Source: Basidiobolus meristosporus CBS 931.73 (Eukaryota > Fungi > Basidiobolomycota). From it: a stretch of DNA of 64,000 bases. The notes under the pieces are model-generated. The model searched no databases. It worked only from the letters and a program-made list of their open reading frames with translations, and was not told the DNA's origin. Of this stretch, positions 49,556 to 59,739 are shown one piece after another. The stretch is from NCBI GenBank assembly GCA_002104905.1, contig MCFE01000390.1:18834-82833 (forward strand). Reading direction: 5' to 3'. Each line of letters starts with the position of its first letter. The stretch's first letter is position 1. Made by a program: the position numbers and the translations under genes.

Positions 49556-50986
49556 ATGCAGGTTTCAAAGCAAACCACACCGATGACAAACACCACTGCC
49601 GTCCAAGACCACGGGTATTATACACAGAGGCAAGAGCCGGCCATGGAGTTTTACGCTGATCAGGATAAAACGGAAAAGAGCATACGCGCGAATTCCTGGC
49701 TAGACCTTCTGCCTTCCTTACCAAAAAAACCTTTGGCCATTGTTTGCATGATGCTAGTTGTTGTTGCAATAGGCTATGAGTGGATGTATGTGGGTCTCCT
49801 CTGGGATCCTCTTGGGCGCATTCCTCATCTTACAGTAGCACTAGTCAATCAAGACAAGGGGTTCAACCTGCCGGATACATCGCCGCTGAAGCAGCTGACC
49901 ACCGACCTCTTCAATGGAGAGAGTGCAGGGGCGTTTATTGCCAGCACCATAATGGATCCGGAGCTTCCTATCTATCACACCTTCAAATGGAGTCAGCTAC
50001 CGGACACCACATCTAGAGATCAGGCAATCGAACATGTGAGCCGAGGAGATTCCTGGGCTTTGCTGTACATCCCTTCGAATTTCTCGCAGAATTTCTTGTC
50101 CGCTACTGACCGTGCTACCCGCCAACCTTGGGAAGCTGAATGGATCTCTGATGAAGGCCGAAATCCAAATACCCAGATGTTCTTGTTGGACGCCAAGATG
50201 CAGGTGTTTTCGGCGTTCTCTACTTCGTTGGCTAGTCAATTTCTATCCAGCAAGGCAGGCCCTATACTAGTTCAAGCATTTGATCCCACTTTCTGGACAA
50301 ACTCGCTTCAGGTACACGAGACGACTCTTCATCCTCTGCAGGATTACGGATCGAATTTTGCAAGCTACCTGTCATTTGTTGTCTCGTACATTGTATGCCT
50401 GCTGACGGTAGTCATGGTGTACAGGCTATCGAGAATTGGCGACATACTCAAGTCAAGGAGGTATCCCGCGTTTCGCGTCGTAGTAACCTGGAGACTAGTC
50501 GCGGCATTCATAGCCTTGCTTCAGAGTATGGTTATCATCATACCGTTTGTTAGCTTGAAGCATCACCAGTTTGAATGGAAAAACGCTGGATATGCCATCG
50601 CCTTCATTTGGTATACCAGCTTGGCTTTCCAAAGCACCCTGTTTCTGGCGGCCAACATCTTCACCCCGGAGCTCTTCCAAATCCCAAGTGCTCTCTTCAT
50701 GATCTTGCAGCTGACTACATCCGGTGGTATCTATGCTTTAGAGCTGCAGCCAGGCTTCGCCAGAATAGGGGAGGCATTCCCGATGTACTACGGTATCCGT
50801 GGGCTGCGAAGCATCTTTTACGGATCATTGACACACAAGATGTGGATCAACTGGTTGGTCATCACCGCTTGGATCGTTATTCCAGGAGGTATATCTACAC
50901 TTTGGACCAGACGCAAGATCAAGACTCTTAGATTAGACGATTGGACTAAGGACCAGAGTGGCTCTCTAGGGGAGCGGTCTTGTTAA
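49556..50986 (+). CDS. YhgE/Pip-like (ABC-2 type permease / DUF3533-related) membrane protein
   Basis: 476 aa. N-terminal TM, then LWDPLGRIPHLTVALVNQDKG, a large loop, about 5 C-terminal TMs and LQLTTSGGIYALELQP..PMYYGIRGLR. Confidence 0.75.
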   Translation: MQVSKQTTPMTNTTAVQDHGYYTQRQEPAMEFYADQDKTEKSIRANSWLDLLPSLPKKPLAIVCMMLVVVAIGYEWMYVGLLWDPLGRIPHLTVALVNQDKGFNLPDTSPLKQLTTDLFNGESAGAFIASTIMDPELPIYHTFKWSQLPDTTSRDQAIEHVSRGDSWALLYIPSNFSQNFLSATDRATRQPWEAEWISDEGRNPNTQMFLLDAKMQVFSAFSTSLASQFLSSKAGPILVQAFDPTFWTNSLQVHETTLHPLQDYGSNFASYLSFVVSYIVCLLTVVMVYRLSRIGDILKSRRYPAFRVVVTWRLVAAFIALLQSMVIIIPFVSLKHHQFEWKNAGYAIAFIWYTSLAFQSTLFLAANIFTPELFQIPSALFMILQLTTSGGIYALELQPGFARIGEAFPMYYGIRGLRSIFYGSLTHKMWINWLVITAWIVIPGGISTLWTRRKIKTLRLDDWTKDQSGSLGERSC

Positions 50987-51813
50987 TCAGAGTATCTAGA
51001 TCTATTTTAGCATTATTCCTTTAATAATAGAGTCGAGAAATGGCAAATAAACATTTTCAAAACCTATTCCGAGGGGTCGGAGTAGCGAATCCACTTCGTT
51101 GTTTCATCGATTCATTCGTGAGGGCCAAGAATATTCGATGGCTGATGAAGACTTGTGCCCACCATGAGTAACGACCAGGGATTCTTACACCGTTCTACAA
51201 GAAGTGAGCTAGCACTTAGGCCCTGTTGATGACTATGTAGACCGGGTTGTTGTGCTGCCAGTAAGATGGATTAGATAACCCCATTCCAAAATCTTTGGAA
51301 TATCCCTGCCAATGGAATCTGATAAGATGAAGTGAAATGCGCTTAAATGCCCAACAATTAATCCGGCGATTTGGTTGTCTTCCATATGTGGTGCAACCTG
51401 GGACGCAGTTTGGGAAACCGAGAGACGCTACTAGTGTGGGTTACATTGCATTATAAGACATACGTTTACCCACGTATTTAACAGTGAATGCGCAATCTTT
51501 TCAATTTGTTGGCCATACTTCTAGCTCTTTTGTTACGCACATCAAACCAAGTCCAAAGGGATCACATAGTGAGCTAAATGTCCACGCAAGCGAGATTGGT
51601 CAAACTGGTTATGCCACTCTAGTAGATTCTCAACAGTGGGAATTCAGCACAATCACCATATATCCCAACTATATACTTGAAGCCCATCCTAACCTGGTTA
51701 CAGGTGGAAAACAGAAATCTGCGCCTTCCTTGGAATCTTGGGGAGCAGGAAGTATATGTGGATATTTAACTGCTGGCACGCTGGTTGTGCCAAAACCAAC
51801 ACTCTCGATTTGC

Positions 51814-52733
51814 TTAAGGGGGGGGGGTGAGACAGTCACCAACAGGTGAAATCCTTATTTCAGCTGAAACAAAGAAGCCAGCGCTACTGTTGTAGCTTTG
51901 ATACAAGAGTGTGTAGCTGAGAAGAATTTGTAGGTAAGTTGACAAGGAGAGATGATAGTTCTTCAGTGCTCATGACACTGTTCAATGGGAAGGGGGGTAG
52001 CAAGAGGGGTAAGAATGATATGTAAACAACATTAATAAGGGGAATATGATATGGATTGATATTCATTATAAAGGGAGTGTGCTGCTTTGGATATTGCTGC
52101 TAAAGGTCTGTCAAGTACTTCAGGTAGGCCAGCTTGGGGTTTTCTGACTGCAGAATACATAGCTCAAACTTCTAAAGGCATGGTCAGTAGGTTCCCAGAA
52201 AAACTGGTCAGAGACATTTTGAGAGGATTGCTTAGCAATACTTTTGTCAAGCACTACCTCCAGAGTGTGATGGTTGATAAATCCCATGTTAACAATCTTA
52301 GATAAGTTGTAACCTGGTTGCTTGAGATACATCCTATACTCAGATATAGGAATAAACTCCACATTGGCAAAGTAGCAGACAGCCCAGTCAGTAGCAGGAG
52401 GTAAATCAGAAGTGGCAGGAAACTTTCTTTTTGTCTTAGGCGGAGCAGCAGGATGTCTTAAGGAAGCAGGAACAAACTTTTTGACAGCTTCAGAGCAGGA
52501 AGAGTGAGCAGGAGCAGATGAATCTTGGGGAGTCTTGTTGACAGGAAGAGTAGGCACTGGGACAATAGATTCTTGCAGATCAGAGAAGGCAGAAAACAGC
52601 TTTTGTACTTGTTTCTTGAGTAGTGCATTTTCAGCTTCAACAAGTGCAAGCCTTTCCTCAAGGAAGAAAATCCGAAGGGAATGGAGTGAAGGCATAAGAA
52701 ATAAGAAGAAGAGGGAAGGAAAGGGTGGGTGGG
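51814..52733 (-). mobile_element. Telomeric unit 1: chimera of ORF1-A 5' part and the RT-unit 3' end
   Basis: 51814 to ~52170 matches 61131 to ~61480; ~52170-52733 matches ~62990-63560. Left junction TTAAGGG plus 7 G; hairpin at 51836-51849. Confidence 0.85.
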
Positions 52734-53105
52734 TTTTGTTTGGGCAGACCAGACCTCCAGCATCTTATAAAAAATTGCAGAGTTTTGAATTTTAAACAAA
52801 AATGCTTTTGAATAAAGCTTGGGAAAAGTTTTATTTTCTTATGCAAAGAAGATTAGACAATTGTCAAGACTTATTGTAAAAACAACTTCAGGACAAATAA
52901 CTCCCAAGGTTATTTTGACAAAGAGCGGTTTCATCAGTGTCCAATTCTTTATAGCATGTAGGTGCCCCTTATACCTGAAGAAAATGTAGGTTAGTCTAAG
53001 GGGTTTTGTGAACTTAAGTGACGTAGTTGCTTTTGGCATGCTTATTGGTTCCAAAAGTGGAAGTTGTTCTAAGCTTGGTTTCAGTGAAGTGAGGTGATAT
53101 TTTTC

Positions 53106-53480
53106 TTAGGGGGAGGGAAAGTCACCAAGGTAGGTGAAATCTTTATTTGATTTCAGACAAGCCTAACTATAAATAAAGAAGCCAGCTGGGAATCAAAGAT
53201 TCCCAAAGTAAACACTAAGTTGAATATGAATAAATCTAAGCTAAAGTTAAGGCAGTATCCCAGAGTACACTGGAGTTCAGGTTCATGGGGGAGTGAAGTA
53301 GATAAGCTTGAGAGATATAATAATCTTTGCGGAAGCGGGTAACAGCAGGTGAAGGGGAGTTGTTGATAAGTGAAGTGAATCTTGAGAGCAGAGATTCCTC
53401 TAATGGGAAGGTCTTGTAGACTGGAGAATTAGGAAACTCTTTAAAGGCATGGTCAGTAGGTTCCCAGAAAAACTGGTCAG
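53106..53480 (-). mobile_element. Telomeric unit 2: 3' part of an ORF1-A unit, cut by an LTR insertion
   Basis: Near-identical to 62662 to ~63040; junction TTAGGGGG; hairpin at 53122-53137. Confidence 0.88.
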
Positions 53481-53840
53481 TGTTGTATCCAAGAGAAAAG
53501 TGTAATAAAACTCTTGGATGAGCTAACTGAACCTAAGTGATAACTAAGTGCAGAATCTTAGAATTGTCAAGGGTGACAGAAATATTAGCAGAGAAGTTCT
53601 GGTCTAATATTGGTTTTATATGTAGTTGAGTTGGGCTATAAAGGCAACAGAGTTGGTTTGCTATACAGGCTAGGCTTGGTGTTCTTGGGAATACTAGATG
53701 TGCTAGGCTTGGGTGGAAACTAGAATGGAACTGTTGAATTCTTAATTTTGCTGAAGCACAATTTTAATTTTGTTGGGACACACACTAAACCAAACAGTTC
53801 AGTAAACTTTATTTATACTTTTCTGATTGAGTTGCATTAG
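53481..53840 (-). repeat. Inverted, diverged LTR fragment related to the adjacent chromovirus LTR
   Basis: Reverse complement aligns with 54180-54537 (TGTTGTATCCAAGAG versus CTCTTGGATACAACA). Confidence 0.8.
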
Positions 53841-54578
53841 TGTTGTGCATCAACATTTAAAACTTAGCCAATTTTACTCCGTTTGAAAATCTAGTACCCT
53901 AACTGATTTTCCCTAACCCAAACATAACAAATCCCAGTTACAGTTTATTTTATCCCACCTCAGAATCTATTTTTAGCAATCACACCTGATCTATTTTCAA
54001 ATGGTCATTACATTATCAACCTATCTGCCAAGCCTTCCCAGGTGATTAGTCATCTGAGATCTATCCAAACATGGTGCAGTTGCCAAGACATCAGTTGATT
54101 GATGATGTAATTTTCATTTATATTATGCACCTATGAACACCCAAATTGATTTCAATCAATCCAGTCCCTTGGTGCTTACTAATTCAACTTGATCAGAAAA
54201 GTATAAATAAAGTTTACTGAACCTTTTGGTTTAGTGTGTGTCTCAACGAAATTAAGATTCTGTCTCAGCAAAAATAAGAATCCAACAATTCTGTTCCAGT
54301 TTCTATCCAAGCCTAGTATATCTAGCACTCCAAAGAACACCAAGCCTAGCCTGCCTAGCAAACAAATATCATTGCCTTTATAGCCAACCCAGCTATATCC
54401 AAGACCAATATTAGATCAGAATCTTTCTGCTAATATTTCCGCCACTCTCTGACAATTCTAAGATTCTGCACTTAATTGTCCCTTTGGTTCAGTTAAACCA
54501 TTCAAGAGCTTTATTACACTTTCTCTTGGATACAACATTTTTTTTTGTTGAATTCCGTTACATTCAGCCAATTAGAAG

Positions 54579-56432
54579 ATGTCCTCAGCAGCAAGCAATC
54601 CAAACCTTTCCATGTTGGAAGAAGCCAGAAGAAATCAGGAAGAACTTACTGAACAGCTTGAAAACATCATGCTTGAAAGAAATACCATGATGCTTGAGCA
54701 CTCAAAGCTTGCCAAAACAAGATCTGATAATCACCGTAGAGATGAACTCCTTGAAGTTATATCTGGTTACCAAGATGAAATTGGAATAATTAAGGAAGCA
54801 CTGGAGAATATTGCCATAGTAATTGACAGCATTGAAAATCCACCAAGCCTTGCTCTGCATCAGCCACCAAGAAGTCATGCCTTTGAATCCTCCAGATCTA
54901 CATCTCCTTCTAGACCTGCCCCGGTGGTTGTCCCAAGATCCTTGCCTGTTTATGCTGAAGGCACCAATGCCATCAAGAATCCAACTGAGTTTCTTTACAA
55001 GTTTAGTCACATCTTAGCTGCACACCAGCTAGACCCTGACACCAACTGGGCTAGACTTCTGCCTCTCTGTCTCACAATGCAAGATGCTGACTGGGTTGAA
55101 GTGAACATTCCTTCCAATAGTACGTGGAAAATTGCCCAAAACCTCTTTTGCAGCCATTTTGAAGATCCTCTCAAGAAAGCACATCTGAACTGCGACTTAT
55201 GGAAAACTAAAATGCAAAAAGGTGAATCTGTGCAACACTTCTGTGATAGATTCCAAAGACAAATGAGATTAGCTGGAGTTAGTGATGATAATCCATCGCT
55301 TACTGCTCATTTTCTTTCAAACTTTTCACACCAGCTACAGAGCAATATTGCTATTGTCAAAGCATGCAACCTTGCATGTACCTATGACCAGATCTCAGAG
55401 ATATGTACACTGGAAATCACCTTGACTGCAGCTGTTAGCCAGACTTCAGGCAGCTCAACCCAATATCCCACAACAGCCGGAAAAGAGACCAGTCATGTGA
55501 CCAAGAAGCAGTCAACCGCTACTAAGCACTGTGAGCTTCATGGAAAATGCTATCATTCTACCAGTGAATGCAAAGGCATCACCAAGCAGTCAAACAAGTC
55601 AGGAAACACCGCAGAAAAGCAGCAAAACACCAAAACTGATAATCCATATGCTGATGACAAGTGCTTTAAATGTGGCAATAGGGGACATAGATCACCTGCC
55701 TGTCCTGAGAAGAACTCCACACCATCAGCCAAAACTACCCAGATCCTTGATGATCATTCAGCCAATGATACAATGGGGTATGAAGAAGCATATGAAGAAC
55801 TTACAGTTCAAGATTATCACAACCTCTTTGAGTTTCCGGCTAAAATTGCAACTGTTCAAGAAAAGAAGCAACCAATCACACAGCTCAAAGCCATAGAAGT
55901 GCCACTCACCCTCAATGGCCAATCATACGTAGCACTACTGGATACTGGATCATCCAACTCTATTGTATCACCCAATGTAGTCAGAGAACTCAATTTGGAG
56001 ATAGAAAAACGACCAGGAAAAATCATTCTTGCAGCTAAGGATCTCTCAGCCCCAAGAATTGGCATTACCAACCCAATCAACATACATTGTGGCTCAGTAA
56101 CCATAATCCATCAGATGGAAGTGATTGACATACCAGATGGACCTCAGGTAGTCATTGGTCTGGACACCTTCACCAAACTTGGCTTTCACATAGGCGGACT
56201 ACCGGTTTCCTATCCAGGAATCACTAAAGTCTCAGCCGCTCATAATGGATCAAATCCCAGTGATTATCTCATCCCAACCGGAAGAAGAAGAGTTAACCCC
56301 AACTTTTCAAGAATATTCTCAATCAGTCAAATTGGATATTCAGCCGGCCATAGAGAGAAATCAGGCCATTCCAAGGAACAGCTTCTGCACCATCCCAGAA
56401 TCCATTGTTGCACTAGAGACCCCACCTGGTGA
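54579..56432 (+). CDS. Chromovirus Gag-protease (out of frame with pol after about 56240)
   Basis: CFKCGNRGHRSPAC zinc knuckle; ALLDTGSS aspartic protease motif. Confidence 0.85.
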   Translation: MSSAASNPNLSMLEEARRNQEELTEQLENIMLERNTMMLEHSKLAKTRSDNHRRDELLEVISGYQDEIGIIKEALENIAIVIDSIENPPSLALHQPPRSHAFESSRSTSPSRPAPVVVPRSLPVYAEGTNAIKNPTEFLYKFSHILAAHQLDPDTNWARLLPLCLTMQDADWVEVNIPSNSTWKIAQNLFCSHFEDPLKKAHLNCDLWKTKMQKGESVQHFCDRFQRQMRLAGVSDDNPSLTAHFLSNFSHQLQSNIAIVKACNLACTYDQISEICTLEITLTAAVSQTSGSSTQYPTTAGKETSHVTKKQSTATKHCELHGKCYHSTSECKGITKQSNKSGNTAEKQQNTKTDNPYADDKCFKCGNRGHRSPACPEKNSTPSAKTTQILDDHSANDTMGYEEAYEELTVQDYHNLFEFPAKIATVQEKKQPITQLKAIEVPLTLNGQSYVALLDTGSSNSIVSPNVVRELNLEIEKRPGKIILAAKDLSAPRIGITNPINIHCGSVTIIHQMEVIDIPDGPQVVIGLDTFTKLGFHIGGLPVSYPGITKVSAAHNGSNPSDYLIPTGRRRVNPNFSRIFSISQIGYSAGHREKSGHSKEQLLHHPRIHCCTRDPTW

Positions 56433-57231
56433 GTCAACATGGAGGAGGCAATACCCAATTCCGCATTCATGTCAACACTTAGTTGATGAGATAGTCCAAA
56501 AATGGGCTGACAATGGAATTATCACTCAAGCCCCTGTCAACACAACATTCAACAGCCCTTTGACGCTTGCACCAAAGAAAGATGCTGATGGAAACCTAAC
56601 CCTGAAGAGACCCTGTTTGGACCCCAGACCTCTGAACAAGCTTCTCCAAGATGACAAGTTTCCAATTCCAAGAATCCAAGATATCTTTTCCGCACTATCA
56701 GGAGCAAAAGTATTCTCCAAGTTGGACTTGAAGGATGCATATCACCAATTCCAGATCCATCCTGATCATCAGCATAAGACTGCCTTTACTTGGAATAATA
56801 TGCAATGGATGTTTCAGGGAGCTCCCTTTGGCCTAAAGACACTTACCAGCAAGTTCCAGAGAGTCATGACTATAATACTCAAGAATGCACCATACGCATT
56901 GGTATTTGTTGATGATGTCATCATATTTTCCACTAACCGTGATGATCATGCAACCCATGTCACTGATGTAATCAACAGACTGACAACTGCTGGACTGATT
57001 CTCAATGCTGAAAAGTGCAGTTTTGCCCGCCTCAAAATCAATCTACTTGGATTTATAGTCACACCAGCTGGCCACCAATTAGATCCTTTCAAACTGGTCA
57101 ATATCCCAGAATGGCCAAAACCCACTAGCGCCAAGCAACTTCAACATTATCTTGGAGTGATTCAACTATTTCAGGGAACACATACCACTCATGTCCTCAT
57201 TGAGTGCCCCTTTAGATGCATTACGCCATAG
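56245..57231 (+). CDS. Chromovirus reverse transcriptase (frameshifted segment)
   Basis: KRPCLDPRPLN, FSKLDLKDAYHQ, APFGLKT and FVDDV. Confidence 0.88.
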   Translation: MDQIPVIISSQPEEEELTPTFQEYSQSVKLDIQPAIERNQAIPRNSFCTIPESIVALETPPGESTWRRQYPIPHSCQHLVDEIVQKWADNGIITQAPVNTTFNSPLTLAPKKDADGNLTLKRPCLDPRPLNKLLQDDKFPIPRIQDIFSALSGAKVFSKLDLKDAYHQFQIHPDHQHKTAFTWNNMQWMFQGAPFGLKTLTSKFQRVMTIILKNAPYALVFVDDVIIFSTNRDDHATHVTDVINRLTTAGLILNAEKCSFARLKINLLGFIVTPAGHQLDPFKLVNIPEWPKPTSAKQLQHYLGVIQLFQGTHTTHVLIECPFRCITP

Positions 57232-59065
57232 CCCTGATCTCACCTCAGCCTGGAACAAGACTCATGACCAAGCCTTTGAGTCACTCTGCCAACTGCTTCC
57301 ACAAGCACCCACCTTATCCTACCCAGACTTTACTAAGCCCTTTGTTGTTGCTACAGATGCATCTAATGTTGGGTTAGGGGCAGTCCTCTATCAAGATGAA
57401 GACCAAAATCCGCCTCACTGGATCTCTTTCCAAGCCAGGTCCCTACAACCTGCTGAGAGAAACTACTCTGCTACCAAGAAGGAGCTACTTGCCATAGTCT
57501 TTGCCTTGAAGAAGTTTCATCAGTATCTATGGGGTAATCCTTTTACCTTGTACACTGACCACCAAGCCCTTGTCTATATCCACACTCAGAAGACTCTGAC
57601 TCCAATGCTTACCAACTGGCTTGATACTCTACTTGATTATGAATATACAGTTATTCATCGCCCAGGAATTCTCAACATCCTTCCTGACCACCTGTCAAGA
57701 CTTTTTCCAACTTCACCTTGGGAGGGACATGTGATTACTGATGTAATCAGTAAACTCTCTACAACTTCCAAAATAATTCCTCAACTGGATTCAGCAACTT
57801 GGAAAATCCCACCTGAAGAACAAAGGAAAACATTGATACAGAGGAGTCATTTACTTGGCCACTTTGGAGCTGACACACTTATGAAGAAGCTACACTCTGA
57901 TGGATATCACTGGCCAAATATCAAAGTTGACTGCTTAGAATTTGTCAAGTCCTGCAGAGAATGTCAACTTTACAATATCAGCCGCCATGGATTTCACCCT
58001 TTGAGCCCCATCCATGCAAGCCTTCCTATGGATCATATTGCAATTGATCTAGCTGGACCTTTCACCACTAGTGATGATGGTAATCACTACCTCTTTGTAA
58101 TTGTGGATGTCTGCACACGTTTTGTCTTCCTCAAAGCTATCCCAGACAAGTATGCTGCCACTATTGCACAAGAACTATTCAAGCTCTTCTGCCTTTTTGG
58201 ATTCCCTAAGGTCATTCAATCGGATAATGGAACAGAATTTGTGAATCACGTGATCAAAGCCCTTTGCCAGAATAGCGCCATTGATCACCGTCTGATCACT
58301 CCATATCATCCCAAAGCTAATGGACTGGCTGAAAGACATGTTCAGACCTCAATGAACATCGTCAGGAAATCTATCAAAGGTATCAAGAAGAATTGGGACA
58401 AGTACATTCCAACTGTACAATATGCTATCAACACCAAAATTGCCGCTCTACATGGATCAACACCATTTTCCTTGATGTTTGGAAGAAGATACAACCACTT
58501 TGGAGACTACCAGAATACAGAGTTAGCAAGTTTGAATACAGATAAGCTAAAGAACCGGCTTGAGTACCTTACCAACATTGTCTACCCTGCTATCAGTGCC
58601 AGAAGTAAGGCCTCTCAGCAAAAGATGACTTCAACGTACGCCTCAAGACACAGGAACAGCAGCTTCCCAGATGGGTCATATGTCATGACACTAGATCCAA
58701 TCCGGCAATCTAAGCTTGACCCCAAGTATGAAGGACCATTCAAGGTTATCAGACGCACTACTGGAGGATCTTATGTACTTCAGGATAACACTGGAGCACT
58801 GCTACCCGAAAACTTTCCACCTTCTTCACTCAAACTTATTTCCCAAGACCCAGTAACTTCAGAATCCTATGAAGTTGAAGCTATTGTGGACCATGATGGA
58901 GAAGAACCAAATTGCCTTTATTTAGTCAAGTGGAAAGGCTATGATGCCAAACACAACACCTGGGAACCTTACACCAACTTTGATGATGTTGCCATTATTG
59001 ATCAGTATTGGAGCCGTAGAGGAACCCAGAAGGGATCAAAAAACTCCTCTTCCGGAAGGAAGTGA
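57191..59065 (+). CDS. Chromovirus RNase H-integrase-chromodomain (frameshifted segment)
   Basis: TDASNVGLG, ATKKELLA, H-H-C-C zinc finger, IDLAGP, SDNGTEF, NGLAER, YEGPF and YEVEAIVDH..YLVKWKGY..HNTWEP. Confidence 0.92.
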   Translation: MSSLSAPLDALRHSPDLTSAWNKTHDQAFESLCQLLPQAPTLSYPDFTKPFVVATDASNVGLGAVLYQDEDQNPPHWISFQARSLQPAERNYSATKKELLAIVFALKKFHQYLWGNPFTLYTDHQALVYIHTQKTLTPMLTNWLDTLLDYEYTVIHRPGILNILPDHLSRLFPTSPWEGHVITDVISKLSTTSKIIPQLDSATWKIPPEEQRKTLIQRSHLLGHFGADTLMKKLHSDGYHWPNIKVDCLEFVKSCRECQLYNISRHGFHPLSPIHASLPMDHIAIDLAGPFTTSDDGNHYLFVIVDVCTRFVFLKAIPDKYAATIAQELFKLFCLFGFPKVIQSDNGTEFVNHVIKALCQNSAIDHRLITPYHPKANGLAERHVQTSMNIVRKSIKGIKKNWDKYIPTVQYAINTKIAALHGSTPFSLMFGRRYNHFGDYQNTELASLNTDKLKNRLEYLTNIVYPAISARSKASQQKMTSTYASRHRNSSFPDGSYVMTLDPIRQSKLDPKYEGPFKVIRRTTGGSYVLQDNTGALLPENFPPSSLKLISQDPVTSESYEVEAIVDHDGEEPNCLYLVKWKGYDAKHNTWEPYTNFDDVAIIDQYWSRRGTQKGSKNSSSGRK

Positions 59066-59246
59066 TGTTGTGCATCAACATTTAAAACTTAGCCAATTTT
59101 ACTCCGTTTGAAAATCTAGTACCCTAACTGATTTTCCCTAACCCAAACATAACAAATCCCAGTTACAGTTTATTTTATCCCACCTCAGAATCTATTTTTA
59201 GCGATCACACCTGATCTATTTTCAAATGGTCATTACGTTATCAACC

Positions 59247-59739
59247 TTAGGGTTAGGGGGAGGAAAGTCACCAAGTGGTGAAATCTTTATTTACTTATGA
59301 CAAGTATCTAAAGAAGCCAAGTTAATCTGAAGTAATTCCTAGAAAGCTAGGTCTGAGAGATATCTTCCTGGTAAGCCAGGTCTGAGAGTTGAGAAGCTGA
59401 GTGGTACTATATTTCTTAGTTAGCTAGGTCTGAGAGAGGTTTCCTGGAAAGCCAGGCCTGAGAAGTGAGAATCTGAATATATCTGAGCTAAGTTATACTG
59501 GTTTGCGGTAGCTGAATTGTGGCCGGAATGGCCAGTAGACTGGGGGAACTGAGATGGTTTTCTGGGCAATCACTGGCCAAATTTACTAGGCAAATCTGGC
59601 CAATTAGCATTTCAGGGATTTCAGCCAATCAGAGCCCCTACTTTGCCTGATGGTTGATCAAGCCATCTCCCAATGAGCACACATCAATTTATTAATCAAA
59701 TTTTGTTGGATCCAGGATTTGAACCCACAACCATGGGTA
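59247..59739 (-). mobile_element. Telomeric unit 3: non-coding (SINE-like) unit, longer copy
   Basis: 59247-59663 is near-identical to 60714-61130. No ORF of its own; shared 3' hairpin at 59268-59281; junction (TTAGGG)2GG. Confidence 0.8.

Larger units (their letters stand above)
53841..59246 (+). mobile_element. Ty3/Gypsy chromovirus: 5' LTR 53841-54537 (697 bp), 3' LTR 59066-59246 truncated by telomeric sequence
   Basis: TGTTG...CAACA 5' LTR; PPT GGAAGGAAGTGA; the 3' LTR matches the first ~181 bp of the 5' LTR and then switches to TTAGGGTTAGGG. Confidence 0.93.

Noticed and set aside
53897-53919. CCCTAAC...CCCTAACCC in the chromovirus LTR as a telomere relic
   Set aside because: Only two separated hexamers, present in both LTRs, in the opposite orientation to the telomere and not at the break point.
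56230-57200. Programmed ribosomal frameshifts in the chromovirus pol
   Set aside because: The shifts fall after the protease and inside the RT thumb. The second is explained by one extra base in LGVI-NYFREH, so both are more likely mutations or sequencing errors.
59247-59739. Hammerhead ribozyme in the non-coding unit
   Set aside because: The repeated CTGAGAG does not fit CUGANGA, and I found no matching core with a paired GAAA.
59700-59739. tRNA gene
   Set aside because: Only a B-box-like fragment; no D arm or acceptor stem.
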